Source of the DNA: an uncultured Blastocatellaceae bacterium
GTDB taxonomy: Bacteria; Acidobacteriota; Blastocatellia; Pyrinomonadales; Pyrinomonadaceae
NCBI GenBank assembly: GCA_964548225.1
Contig: CAZJQP010000005.1
Coordinates: 20,453-84,452, forward strand
Reading direction: 5' to 3'
Length of the DNA stretch: 64,000 nt
The translations under genes and the position numbers were made by a program. Shown here piece by piece: positions 46,259 through 55,745 of this stretch; the stretch's first letter is position 1; every line of letters starts with the position of its first letter. The notes beneath the pieces are model-generated. The model was not told the DNA's origin. It saw only the letters and a program-made list of their open reading frames with translations, and did not search any database.

Positions 46259-46382
46259 TTGAACCGTCAGGCAAAATTTTCTTTGAACCAATTTGAAATT
46301 TTCGGCGTATTATGTTTTTGTAAGTAATGTAGTCGTTCAAGAAGAACGGCGAAAATTTAGAACACGGAGAGTGTTGAGAAAA

Positions 46383-47426
46383 ATGAATAAAAAATATGAT
46401 TTCGGAATCGTCATCGGACGGTTTCAGCCATTCCATTTAGCACATCAAAATTTAATCAAACATAGTTTAGCTTTAGCCGAAAAAGTCATTGTCATACTTG
46501 GCTCGGCGCGAAGTGCATCCGACGTGAAAAATCCGTTTACGCCCGCAATGCGCGAAGAAATTATCCGCGCTTGTTTTCCTAACGAGGCGGACAGATTGAT
46601 TTTTCGTTCGGTGCGAGATTATCCATATAACGACCACGTTTGGACGGCGGAAGTTCAAAATATCGTCGCCGAAGTTGCTGAAGAAAAGGAATCGGCGAAA
46701 ATTGCGATTGTCGGATTTTTCAAAGACCGCAGTTCATATTATTTGAATCTTTTTCCGCAATGGAATTTTGAAGAGTTTTACTGCACGGATAAAAAACTTT
46801 TGAACTTAAACGCATCGCAAATCCGCGAAAAATATTTTACGGAAAGCGTTGATTGGAAAGAGTTTCTGCCATCGCAGGTTTCCGTCGCGCTCGATGTTTT
46901 CAAGCAAACGGAAGATTTTCCGAATCTCCAAAAAGAATTTGAATACTTGCAAAAATACAAAGCCGACACGCGCTTCGTCGGTGTTCCTTATGAACCTGTA
47001 TTTTTAACAACAGACGCGGTTGTTGTCCAGAGCGGACATATTCTTGTCATTCGGCGCGGACACCAACCCGGCAAAGGTTTGCTCGCGCTTCCGGGCGGGT
47101 TTTTGGCTGGCAACCTGACGCTTGAAGACAACGCCATCAAAGAATTAAAAGAAGAAACGCAAATCAAAGTTCCCGCGCAAGTCCTTCGCGGAAGCATCAA
47201 ATCATCGCACGTTTTCGATTATCCCGAACGCTCACAGCGCGGACGAACCGTAACTTTCGCCTATTTCATCGAACTCGAATCAAACTTAAAAGACGGTTTG
47301 CCCCGCGTCAAAGGCGGCGACGACGCGGCAAAAGCCTTCTGGCTTCCGCTTTCGGCTTTGGGCGAAAAGGAAGACGAATTTTTTGAAGATCATCTGCATA
47401 TTTTGCGTTATTTTTTAGGTTTGTAA
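46383..47426 (+). CDS. nadM: Bifunctional NMN adenylyltransferase / Nudix (ADP-ribose) hydrolase, NadM-Nudix type
   Basis: N-terminal GRFQPFHLAH (nucleotidyltransferase HxGH). C-terminal Nudix box GGFLAGNLTLEDNAIKELKEETQI. Confidence 0.8.
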   Translation: MNKKYDFGIVIGRFQPFHLAHQNLIKHSLALAEKVIVILGSARSASDVKNPFTPAMREEIIRACFPNEADRLIFRSVRDYPYNDHVWTAEVQNIVAEVAEEKESAKIAIVGFFKDRSSYYLNLFPQWNFEEFYCTDKKLLNLNASQIREKYFTESVDWKEFLPSQVSVALDVFKQTEDFPNLQKEFEYLQKYKADTRFVGVPYEPVFLTTDAVVVQSGHILVIRRGHQPGKGLLALPGGFLAGNLTLEDNAIKELKEETQIKVPAQVLRGSIKSSHVFDYPERSQRGRTVTFAYFIELESNLKDGLPRVKGGDDAAKAFWLPLSALGEKEDEFFEDHLHILRYFLGL

Positions 47427-47523
47427 ATAAATTTCGGCGCGAACAAACTCAGGTAACATAAAGCGAATCAAACGATTATCTGTCTTGTTCTAATTAAACA
47501 AATCTTAAAATGGGAGAATATCT

Positions 47524-48822
47524 ATGATTTTTTTACGAAGCAATAATTTTACTTTAGCGTTAGTTTTTCTGTTAATTTTCGCGGCTTTTGCTAACGCTCA
47601 AACTGCGGTTGAAATGCGCGAGAGCGTGAAATTTGAACGTCAAGCCGTCGAATTTTATAAGGCGAAAGATTACGCGAAATTTCTTGAAAACATTAAGCAA
47701 GCAAGCGATTTAAGACCGAATCACGCGAGGCTTCTTTATAATTTGGCGGTTGCTTACACGCTGAACGGCAAAGCGGACGAGGCTTTGACGGTTTTGGAAA
47801 GGCTTGCCGCAATGGACTTGTTTTTTGTTGTCGAAAAAACGGAAGATTTCAAATCCTTGTTCGATTTGGAACGGTTTAAGACGATTCAAAATGAATTCAC
47901 GCTCAACGGAAAAGCTGTTAACGCAAGCGAAAAGGCTTTTACAATTCCAAACAAAGACTTGATTACCGAAGGAATTGCTTACGATTCTGCAACAAAACGA
48001 TTTTTTGTGAGCAGTATTCATCGGCGCAAAATTATTTCGATTGATGAAAACGGCAAAGTTTCGGATTTTTCTTTGGAAACCGATGGTTTGTGGAGCGTTT
48101 CGGGAATGCGCGTTGATGAAAAACGCAAAATTCTTTGGGTTACGACGACCGCGTTTCCGCAGATGCAAGGTTTTCAGAAATCGGATGACGGCAAATCGGG
48201 CGTTTTCAAATACGATTTGCGAAGCGGAAAACTTGTTCAAAAATATCTTTTGTCGAACGAAACGGCAAAACACGCGCTCGGCGATCTGATAATTGCGAAA
48301 AACGGCGATGTTTTCGCATCCGACAGCGTTTCGCCGAATATTTATCGAATTTCAAACGGCAAAGATGAACTCGAAATTTTCCTGACGAGCGATAATTTCG
48401 CGTCTTTGCAAGGTTTGGCGTTTTCGCCGGACGAAAAAACGCTTTTCGTTGCCGATTATTCAAAAGGCGTTTTCAAAATTTCGATGACGGACAAAAAAGT
48501 TTCGCAAATCTCGGTTGATAAAAACACAAATCCAATCGGCATTGACGGAATTTATTTTCACAAAGGCAATCTGATTGCGATTCAAAACGGTTTTCGCCCG
48601 CATCGTGTCGCCAGATTTTTTCTGAACAAAGATTTCAGCGCAATCACGAAAAGCGAAACACTCGAAGCCAATCACGCCGATTTTAACGAACCAACCTTGG
48701 GCGTAAAAGTCGGCAACGATTTTTACTACATCGCCAACAGCCAATGGGCTTTGGTTGGAGAAGACGGCAAATTAGCTGAAGATAAACTAAAAGAACCCGT
48801 AATTTTACGGTTGAAATTATAA
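47524..48822 (+). CDS. Secreted protein: N-terminal TPR-like segment plus an SMP-30/gluconolactonase/LRE-like beta-propeller region
   Basis: Signal peptide. Repeated ...GLAFSPDEKTLFVADYSKGVFKI...-type blades. Weak family call. Confidence 0.45.
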   Translation: MIFLRSNNFTLALVFLLIFAAFANAQTAVEMRESVKFERQAVEFYKAKDYAKFLENIKQASDLRPNHARLLYNLAVAYTLNGKADEALTVLERLAAMDLFFVVEKTEDFKSLFDLERFKTIQNEFTLNGKAVNASEKAFTIPNKDLITEGIAYDSATKRFFVSSIHRRKIISIDENGKVSDFSLETDGLWSVSGMRVDEKRKILWVTTTAFPQMQGFQKSDDGKSGVFKYDLRSGKLVQKYLLSNETAKHALGDLIIAKNGDVFASDSVSPNIYRISNGKDELEIFLTSDNFASLQGLAFSPDEKTLFVADYSKGVFKISMTDKKVSQISVDKNTNPIGIDGIYFHKGNLIAIQNGFRPHRVARFFLNKDFSAITKSETLEANHADFNEPTLGVKVGNDFYYIANSQWALVGEDGKLAEDKLKEPVILRLKL

Positions 48823-48827
48823 AAAAT

Positions 48828-49280
48828 ATGAGCGAGAGAAAAGTAATCAATTTTTATTTAACGAATGGCGAATACGGATGTTTTTCAAATTTTTCGCGCC
48901 ATCATATTTTCTTGAAAGATAAGGTTTGGAAAACGAGCGAACATTATTTTCAGGCGCAAAAATTTGAAGGAACTAAGTTTGAAGAACAAGTCAGACTCGC
49001 GCCAACACCAAAGGAAGCGGCAAATCTTGGCAGAAATCGCAAATTTCCGTTTCGGAAAGATTGGGAAGAAGTGAAAGACGACATTATGCGCGAAGCTCTG
49101 CGGGCAAAATTTACTCAAAACAAAGATTTGAAGCAAATTTTGCTCGAAACGGGCGATGCTGAATTAGTTGAACATACCGCCAACGACAATTATTGGGGCG
49201 ACGGCGGCGACGGAAGCGGAAAAAATATGCTCGGAAAACTTTTAATGGAAGTTCGGGAAGAACTAAAAAAAGAGGAATAA
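48828..49280 (+). CDS. NADAR / YbiA family protein (DUF1768; N-glycosidase and ADP-ribose-related domain)
   Basis: Near-collinear match to the YbiA pattern: INFY...YG.FSNFS...W.TSEHYFQAQKF...LVEHT.ND.YWGDGGDG.GKN.LGKLLMEVREEL. Confidence 0.8.
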   Translation: MSERKVINFYLTNGEYGCFSNFSRHHIFLKDKVWKTSEHYFQAQKFEGTKFEEQVRLAPTPKEAANLGRNRKFPFRKDWEEVKDDIMREALRAKFTQNKDLKQILLETGDAELVEHTANDNYWGDGGDGSGKNMLGKLLMEVREELKKEE

Positions 49281-49303
49281 TTGAAATTTTGGAATAAAGA
49301 AAA

Positions 49304-49337
49304 CAAATCCAAAATCCAAAATCTAAAATCCAAAATC
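49304..49337 (+). repeat. (CCAAAAT)n heptanucleotide tandem repeat (4 units, one CTAAAAT) 48 nt upstream of nadV
   Basis: aaatccaaaatccaaaatctaaaatccaaaatcg. Confidence 0.9.
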
Positions 49338-49384
49338 GAATTAGGTTTTCAGGGAGAAAGCCGAAAATAGGAGAATAAAATAAA

Positions 49385-50776
49385 ATGTTTGAAATAAATA
49401 GAATAATTGACACGGATTCGTATAAAGCGAGTCATTTTCTGCAATATCCGCCGAAGACGGAGTTTGTGCATTCGTATCTCGAATCGCGTGGTAGCGAACG
49501 GGATTGGAAACATACCGTTTTTTTCGGGTTGCAGTATCTTTTGAAGCGTTATTTTTTAGAAAATTTTACGCAAACGATGGTCGAAGAAGCGCGTGAAATA
49601 ATCACCGCTCACGGCTTGCCTTTTAATTATGAGGGTTGGACAAGTCTTATCAAAAAACACGGCGGAAAAATGCCTCTGCGGGTTCGTGCGGTGGCAGAAG
49701 GTTCGGTTGTGCCGTTGCGAAATGTGATGATGACCGTTGAAAACACGGACGCGGAATTTTATTGGCTGACGAGTTGGTTTGAATCGCAACTGATGCGGAT
49801 TTGGTATCCTTGCACGGTGGCGACGCAAAGCTGGCACATCAAACGTGATGTTTATAAATTTTTGCAAGAAACGGCGGACGATGCCGATGCGGAAATTGCT
49901 TTTAAGGTTCACGACTTCGGCAGTCGCGGCGTTTCTTCGCAGGAAACGGCGGCGATTGGCGGCGCGGCGCATCTCGTTAATTTTATGGGAACGGATACGA
50001 TGTCCGCGCTTTTGATTCACCGCGAATTTTATAATTCACCGATGGCTGGTTTTTCGATTCCGGCGGCTGAACATTCGACAATTACGAGTTGGGGACGCGA
50101 AAACGAGGCAGAAGCGTATCGCAATATGTTGAAACAATTTGCGAAGCCAAACTCTTTAGTTGCAGTAGTTTCGGATTCGTGGAATATTTACGAAGCGGTC
50201 GAAAAAATCTGGGGTGAGCAATTAAAACAGGAAGTCATTGATTCGGGCGCAACGATTGTCATTCGTCCCGATTCGGGCGAACCGATTGAAGTTGTTTCAA
50301 AAGTCGCGCAGATTTTGGGCGAAAAATTCGGCACGACAACGAATTCAAAAGGCTATAAAGTCTTAAAAAACGTCCGCATCATCCAAGGCGACGGCGTGAA
50401 CGAGCAATCAATACATCAGATTTTAGAAAAATTAAAATCGCAAGGCTTCAGCGCGTCAAACATCGCTTTCGGCATCGGCGGCGCGTTGCTGCAAAAGATT
50501 GACCGCGACACTTTGAAATTCGCCTACAAATGCTCGGCAATCGTCGCCGACGGCAAACTTATCGAAGTTTATAAACAACCGATCACCGACAGCGGCAAAA
50601 ACAGCAAAAAAGGACGGCTCGATTTAATCAAAGACGACGCTGGCGAATATCAAACCGTCAAACTCGAATCCGCCGACCAACGCAAAGCCGAAAATTCCCA
50701 AATGCGAACCATTTTTGAAAACGGCGAAATGCTCATTGACGATAATCTGGAAGAAATTCGAAGTAGGGCAATTTAA
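49385..50776 (+). CDS. nadV: Nicotinamide phosphoribosyltransferase (NadV/NAMPT-type)
   Basis: N-terminal DTDSYKASHFLQYPP. Type II PRTase layout of about 460 aa. RBS aggaga. Confidence 0.85.
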   Translation: MFEINRIIDTDSYKASHFLQYPPKTEFVHSYLESRGSERDWKHTVFFGLQYLLKRYFLENFTQTMVEEAREIITAHGLPFNYEGWTSLIKKHGGKMPLRVRAVAEGSVVPLRNVMMTVENTDAEFYWLTSWFESQLMRIWYPCTVATQSWHIKRDVYKFLQETADDADAEIAFKVHDFGSRGVSSQETAAIGGAAHLVNFMGTDTMSALLIHREFYNSPMAGFSIPAAEHSTITSWGRENEAEAYRNMLKQFAKPNSLVAVVSDSWNIYEAVEKIWGEQLKQEVIDSGATIVIRPDSGEPIEVVSKVAQILGEKFGTTTNSKGYKVLKNVRIIQGDGVNEQSIHQILEKLKSQGFSASNIAFGIGGALLQKIDRDTLKFAYKCSAIVADGKLIEVYKQPITDSGKNSKKGRLDLIKDDAGEYQTVKLESADQRKAENSQMRTIFENGEMLIDDNLEEIRSRAI

Positions 50777-50804
50777 TCTAAATTTATTAAATTGCAATTT
50801 GAGG

Positions 50805-50841
50805 AAAAAATGTCATCCATTATTTTTGGATGACATTTTTT
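50805..50841. terminator. Bidirectional rho-independent terminator (15-bp stem AAAAAATGTCATCCA/TGGATGACATTTTTT, 7-nt loop) between convergent nadV and dnaN
   Basis: Perfect stem with A-run before and T-run after. Confidence 0.7.
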
Positions 50842-50890
50842 TCTTATCAAATGTCCTACAATTATATTAACTACCTATTTTCTTTATTAT

Positions 50891-51088
50891 TCATACAGTT
50901 ATGTTTTGTTGCACGAAAAATGGGGATTTCTGATTTCGATTGAAGAGTAGTAAGAATTTTCTTTTCCTACTGTTTCTCCAAAGGTAAATTCTATCTTCCG
51001 TAAACCTATGCTCCTTAATGATATAACCGAAAATTTTTGGCAAATTTATGATAAGAAGGACTAAGAAAATTATCACAAAATATTCCAT
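50891..51088 (-). CDS. Candidate small membrane protein (65 aa) immediately downstream of dnaN in an AT-rich spacer
   Basis: Strong SD (aaggagga) 9 nt upstream of the ATG. N-terminal hydrophobic helix FVIIFLVLLIINLPKIFGYII. No homology evidence. Confidence 0.3.
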   Translation of the reverse strand: MEYFVIIFLVLLIINLPKIFGYIIKEHRFTEDRIYLWRNSRKRKFLLLFNRNQKSPFFVQQNITV

Positions 51089-51109
51089 TTTCTTTCCTCC
51101 TTTTTTTCG

Positions 51110-52291
51110 TCATATTCTTAACGGCATGACGATATATTTGTAGTTGTAATTCGTGTCGCCGGCGATGTTCATCATCGTTTGGGCGTTGCCGTTTTTGAAC
51201 TCGAAGGCGATGCGTTGACGGTTTGATGATTCTTTGACTTTGACTTTTTCGCCATCAGTTTCGTTTTCGGTTACGGATTCGGCTTCTTTTGCAGTAACGA
51301 CGCTCAAAAATTCTTGCAAATACTGCGAATTGAAACCAACTTGGACTTCTTCGCCCGTGTAATCCGCGACGACTGATTCGTTTGCTTCGCCTTCTTCCGA
51401 ACTTTGTGCGCCGATTTCGATTTCGCCGGATTTGATGGTTAATTTTACCGAGCGTGTGCGTTCATCAGCCATTAATGAAACGCGGCGAATCGCCGATTTC
51501 ATTTCTTCTAAATCGAAAGTCGCAACTTTGTCGTTGTCTTTCGGAATAACCATTTCGTAATTCGGAAAATTTCCTGAAAGTTTGCGTGTGATAAGAAGTC
51601 GCCCGTCAACTTCAAAATAGATGTGATTCGGGTCTTCGCCGAAACTGACATCGCTTTTTGCGTCGCGCGAGATTTTTACGAGTTCCATCAGAGCTTTTTT
51701 CGGAATCAGTGCGTCCATCGTTTCCGCCGGCGCGTTTTCGCCTAAATTTCTATCAATATAAGCCAAACGATGTCCGTCGGTCGTAACCATTTTCGCCATT
51801 CCGCCGTCAACGATAAACTTTGCGCCCGAAAGCGTAAAGCGCGATTGCTCATTCGTTATTGCAAAAGCTGTGTGTTGAATAAAATGATTGAAGATTTCCG
51901 CCGAGAGTTTCATTGGCGCAGATTTGAAAGAGGGAACTTCAGGGAAATTATCTTTTGAAACGCCTGCCAAACGAAATTTCGATTTGCCGCAGGTCATTTT
52001 TACCCAATCGTTTTCTTCCTTCGTAAAATGCACGTCGCCGTTTTCCAACAACCGAACAATGTCGAAAAGTTTCCGTGCCTGTATGCACATCGCGCCCGAT
52101 TGTTTGATGTCCGCTTCCGCTTCGCAACGAATCGTTACGTCTAAATCCGTCCCGACAATCCGAATCGTGTTTTCACCAACCGATTCAATTAAAATATTCG
52201 ACAAAACGGGAATAGTTGATTTCTTTTCAACAATCCCTTGCACAAATCCGAGTTCATCTTTTAATGTGCCTTGCTTAATTACAAATTCCAT
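51110..52291 (-). CDS. dnaN: DNA polymerase III beta subunit (sliding clamp)
   Basis: About 390 aa, three-domain clamp pattern. N-terminus MEFVIKQGTLKDELGFVQGIVEKKSTIPVLSNILIE. Downstream of dnaA on the same strand. Confidence 0.9.
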   Translation of the reverse strand: MEFVIKQGTLKDELGFVQGIVEKKSTIPVLSNILIESVGENTIRIVGTDLDVTIRCEAEADIKQSGAMCIQARKLFDIVRLLENGDVHFTKEENDWVKMTCGKSKFRLAGVSKDNFPEVPSFKSAPMKLSAEIFNHFIQHTAFAITNEQSRFTLSGAKFIVDGGMAKMVTTDGHRLAYIDRNLGENAPAETMDALIPKKALMELVKISRDAKSDVSFGEDPNHIYFEVDGRLLITRKLSGNFPNYEMVIPKDNDKVATFDLEEMKSAIRRVSLMADERTRSVKLTIKSGEIEIGAQSSEEGEANESVVADYTGEEVQVGFNSQYLQEFLSVVTAKEAESVTENETDGEKVKVKESSNRQRIAFEFKNGNAQTMMNIAGDTNYNYKYIVMPLRI

Positions 52292-52404
52292 TCTATTGCT
52301 CCTAATTGTTTGATACGAGTATGTTTTTTATTTTAGGCGGTATTTTCTTTTTAGACAATTTCGATTTTTCAATTTTTCTCCGTCGCTGAAAGCGATATAA
52401 AAAC

Positions 52405-52818
52405 TCAAAACTTCTTATCCATTAGTTGCCAATTTCCGTCTTCGCCTTTTTTAAATACAAAACCATAACCTTTTCCTTCTCTATAAAAACCGCTTCCTTC
52501 AAAATGCGAAGCGCGAATAATTCCAAATGTGTTTTTTTCTCTTTCTACGTCATAACGAAAAGTTTCCCAAATTTCTCTTACTTCCTTTTTAAGTTCTTCC
52601 AAATTTTCAATGGAAATATCTGTTTCGTAATTCATAACCAAAGCAGTTTCTCCGTTTTGAAAATTCATTCCGCCGATGTTGTTAATTTTAATTTCTTTTC
52701 CCGAGGGCAATTTCGTTTTTTGAGAAGACTTGATTTCGTTTGAATTATTATTTTTGCTCTCGGAACAGCCGAAACAAATTAAAGACAAAATGAATATTAT
52801 TGCGAGTTTCGTTTTCAT
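52405..52818 (-). CDS. Small lipoprotein, hypothetical, located between the dnaA-dnaN DnaA-box cluster and dnaN
   Basis: CFGC lipobox after a signal peptide. Confidence 0.5.
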   Translation of the reverse strand: MKTKLAIIFILSLICFGCSESKNNNSNEIKSSQKTKLPSGKEIKINNIGGMNFQNGETALVMNYETDISIENLEELKKEVREIWETFRYDVEREKNTFGIIRASHFEGSGFYREGKGYGFVFKKGEDGNWQLMDKKF

Positions 52819-52925
52819 CTTTTCTATGAATTATACCTCAAGTTTTACTTTCAAAATTCGCCGCTTTTTACTTCTTCTATTTATTTTAAAAACAGTATAT
52901 TTAAATAGTATTAGTAGTAGTGCCT

Positions 52926-53171
52926 GTGGAAAAGTGGAAAAGCCACTTTATTGAAGAAATAGTTAAACTTACACGCCCACAGTCGCTGTGGAAAACTTGT
53001 GGAAAACTTGCTTGTCTGTGGAAAAAATTGACAACACGACACCTTTTTCCACAGTTTCCACAGGCACATTTTTCCTCAGCCTGTGGAAAAGTGGAAAACT
53101 TTGTTTAAGTATTGTATCTAAACAGAATACTTAAATTTTATAATCCGTTATATGTGGAAACTTTCCACTGA
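52926..53171. other. oriC element: cluster of at least 10 DnaA boxes (TGTGGAAAA / TTTTCCACA variants, both orientations) downstream of dnaA, with an adjacent AT-rich candidate DNA-unwinding element at about 52840-52920
   Basis: Boxes read at 52926, 52935, 52987, 52999, 53017, 53044(rc), 53054(rc), 53082, 53091, 53153 and 53163(rc). AT-rich tract tttattttaaaaacagtatatttaaatagtattagtag. Confidence 0.75.
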
Positions 53172-53193
53172 AACTTTTCGTGAAATTTCCTAA

Positions 53194-54642
53194 CTAACTG
53201 CAAAGATTATCAATTAGCTCGCTGACAATCCTGTGGAAATTTCTATCGTCTTTAATTACCGATTCAATCTTTTCAACCGAGTGCATCACGGTCGTGTGAT
53301 GTTTGCCGCCAAACTCGCGTCCGATTTCGGGAAAGCTGTGTTTTGTTAACCTTTTGCACAAATACATTGCCACTTGTCGCGGCACGGCAATTTGGCGCGA
53401 ATTGTTTTTCGATTTGATTTCTTCAATCGTCAATTTGTAATGCGACGCGACCATTTTCGCAATGCGTTCCATCGTCAGATTTTCCGGTTGGTCGCTGTCA
53501 ACGATATTTTTCATCGCGTCTTGCGCCAACATTTTTGAAATCGGAATGCCTCGTAAACTGGAAATCGCCACAAGCCGCACGAGCGAACCTTCGAGTTCGC
53601 GGATGTTACTGCGAACTTTACTCGCAATAAAAAACGCAATTTCGTCGGGTAAATTTACGCCGTCCAAATCCGCTTTTCTTTTTAAAATCGCAACTTTTGT
53701 TTCCAAATCCGGCGGTTCGATGTCAGCAATCAAGCCCCATTCAAAGCGCGAATGCAATCTTTCTTCTAATGTTGGAATTTCACGCGGCGGACAATCCGAA
53801 GTAATCACGATTTGCTTTTGGTCATTATGAAGCGCGTTAAATGTATGGAAAAATTCTTCCTGCGTCCGCTCTTTTCCAGCCATAAATTGCACGTCGTCCA
53901 TCAGTAAAACGTCAATCGAACGATATTTGTCGCGGAAAGTCTGCGTTTTATCGTAACGAATCGCGTTAATCAATTCGTTCATAAATTTTTCGGCAGAAAT
54001 ATATGCAACTCTTAAATGACGATTTCTTTCCTTAATCGCGTGTCCGGCGGCGTGCATCAGATGCGTTTTGCCAAGCCCGACACCGCCGTAAATATACATT
54101 GGGTTATAAGTTTTGCCCGGCGATTCGGCAACGGCAAGCGCGGCGGCGTGAGCAAATTGATTGCACGAACCGACAACAAATGTGCCGAATGTGTATTTCG
54201 GATTAAGCGAATTTTCAATCGGTTCGATGTCAACAAAGTTTGTCGGATTCGTTTTTGCGGGAATTTCGGTTTTCGGTTTATCGGCAAAGTTCACGCCGTT
54301 TGTTGGGAACGGGTTCGGATTGATACGATTTTTCTCGAACAAAAATTCGACTTCTTCGTCGAAGTCTTCGTCGCTTAAATCGGTTTCTTCAATCTCCCAA
54401 TCGAGTCGGTAATTTGAAAGATTCAACTCTTTCAAAGTTTGTGTAATGACTTCGGAATAATATGTATTTACCCAATCTTTATTTACCTGACTGGCGCGAA
54501 GATGCAGAATTTTGTCCTGTTCATCGCAACCGTCAAATTGAATCGAGCGAAACCACGCATCGAAAATTTGTTTATTCAGACGCTTTTCTACCGATTGCAA
54601 AATATTATTCCAAACCGTTCTATTTTCCGACGAAACTTCCAT
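53194..54642 (-). CDS. dnaA: Chromosomal replication initiator DnaA (start at [12 protein letters not shown]; the ORF-track N-terminal extension is probably not coding)
   Basis: AAA+ Walker [14 protein letters not shown], Walker B LLMDDVQF, sensor/arginine finger, C-terminal DNA-binding HTH (...[32 protein letters not shown]...). Confidence 0.95.
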   Translation of the reverse strand: MEVSSENRTVWNNILQSVEKRLNKQIFDAWFRSIQFDGCDEQDKILHLRASQVNKDWVNTYYSEVITQTLKELNLSNYRLDWEIEETDLSDEDFDEEVEFLFEKNRINPNPFPTNGVNFADKPKTEIPAKTNPTNFVDIEPIENSLNPKYTFGTFVVGSCNQFAHAAALAVAESPGKTYNPMYIYGGVGLGKTHLMHAAGHAIKERNRHLRVAYISAEKFMNELINAIRYDKTQTFRDKYRSIDVLLMDDVQFMAGKERTQEEFFHTFNALHNDQKQIVITSDCPPREIPTLEERLHSRFEWGLIADIEPPDLETKVAILKRKADLDGVNLPDEIAFFIASKVRSNIRELEGSLVRLVAISSLRGIPISKMLAQDAMKNIVDSDQPENLTMERIAKMVASHYKLTIEEIKSKNNSRQIAVPRQVAMYLCKRLTKHSFPEIGREFGGKHHTTVMHSVEKIESVIKDDRNFHRIVSELIDNLCS

Positions 54643-54808
54643 TTGTTTCTCTCCCGACCGAAATTTTGTTAAATCTTTAATAAAACTTTTAAGCAAAAAT
54701 CTATGTTTTCGTAATTTATAAAAATACCTCCGAAATTCGTTTAGCAATTTCCGACAAGTCTTTCTATTTTGGTTACTTTAGCGAGTTTTGCGTGTCCTTG
54801 AAATAAAG

Positions 54809-54964
54809 TTTTCCACAAAGTTTTCCACAGGCTTGTGGAAAGTTGCTTAAAAGTTAATGTAAAACTTTAAGTCTAATATTATCAATAACTTACAAGAAAT
54901 TATATTAAGGAAACGGTTCACAGAGTAACAAAAAAAAAGCCGAATTGCAAGCAAATATCCACAG
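54809..54964. other. oriC element: second DnaA-box cluster upstream of dnaA (TTTTCCACA x2, TGTGGAAAG, and a near-consensus aTATCCACA at 54956) with an AT-rich tract at 54848-54915
   Basis: Boxes read directly. Bipartite arrangement flanking dnaA. Confidence 0.65.
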
Positions 54965-55082
54965 ATGAGGAAAATTTTTTCACGAAGTATGTAAAGTCTT
55001 TTTTTGACAGCTATTTGGCAGAATTTACGAAAGTGTTTTATAGTCAAAACAGCTTGATTCAAGCACGTTATATCAAAGGAAA

Positions 55083-55526
55083 ATGCCAAAAAAAAGAAAA
55101 AAGAAAAAAAATATTATTGCCGAACTGCCAAAGATGAATTTATTTGCCGAAAAGATTAAAGAACTTTCCGCAGGTTTATTTTACATCAGTGAAACGGACG
55201 CGGAGATTTTGCCTTTTGAAGGCACACAGGCGGAAAAGGTTACACGGGAAAATATTTTGATTCAAACAAACAATTTGTCTGACGCGCCGGTCGAGGAAAG
55301 AGATTTTGCAGAAATCTTTGCGCGTCTGACCACCATTCAAGAATGGTTCGGCGAAGAAGAAAAAGCGATTGCTGAAAAGTTTTCTGCACTTCAAACGTTT
55401 TTACAGGAGAATTTAAGAGATATAAAAGTTTTCAAGATCGGCAAAATCCAAATAGACATCTACTTCGTTGGACTCGATTCGGAAAATTATCTGAAAGGAA
55501 TCAAAACCAAAGCCGTCGAAACTTAA
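55083..55526 (+). CDS. Hypothetical protein (poly-Lys N-terminus from an A-tract; real start may be MNLFAEK at 55134)
   Basis: ORF only. Confidence 0.4.
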   Translation: MPKKRKKKKNIIAELPKMNLFAEKIKELSAGLFYISETDAEILPFEGTQAEKVTRENILIQTNNLSDAPVEERDFAEIFARLTTIQEWFGEEEKAIAEKFSALQTFLQENLRDIKVFKIGKIQIDIYFVGLDSENYLKGIKTKAVET

Positions 55527-55745
55527 AAAATTTATTGTGCCTTTTTGATTGTCGCTCTCAAACTGTCGGACGAATATCCATCAATTTCAAGGTGATTTGG
55601 ATTTTGTCGTGGCGTAAGGTTTGACAAGAATTATAAATGACTGAAATTTTCTCTACCTTTTCCAATCCTTCGATTGATTTGAAAAAACATTTGGCTTTTT
55701 TAGAAAATCAATTTACGCCCGAAATCATCTTCAAAATATAATTAT

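Noticed and set aside
54643-54747. N-terminal 35-aa extension of dnaA in the ORF track
   Set aside because: The canonical DnaA N-terminus aligns with [15 protein letters not shown]. The extension is AT-rich and precedes the DnaA-box cluster.
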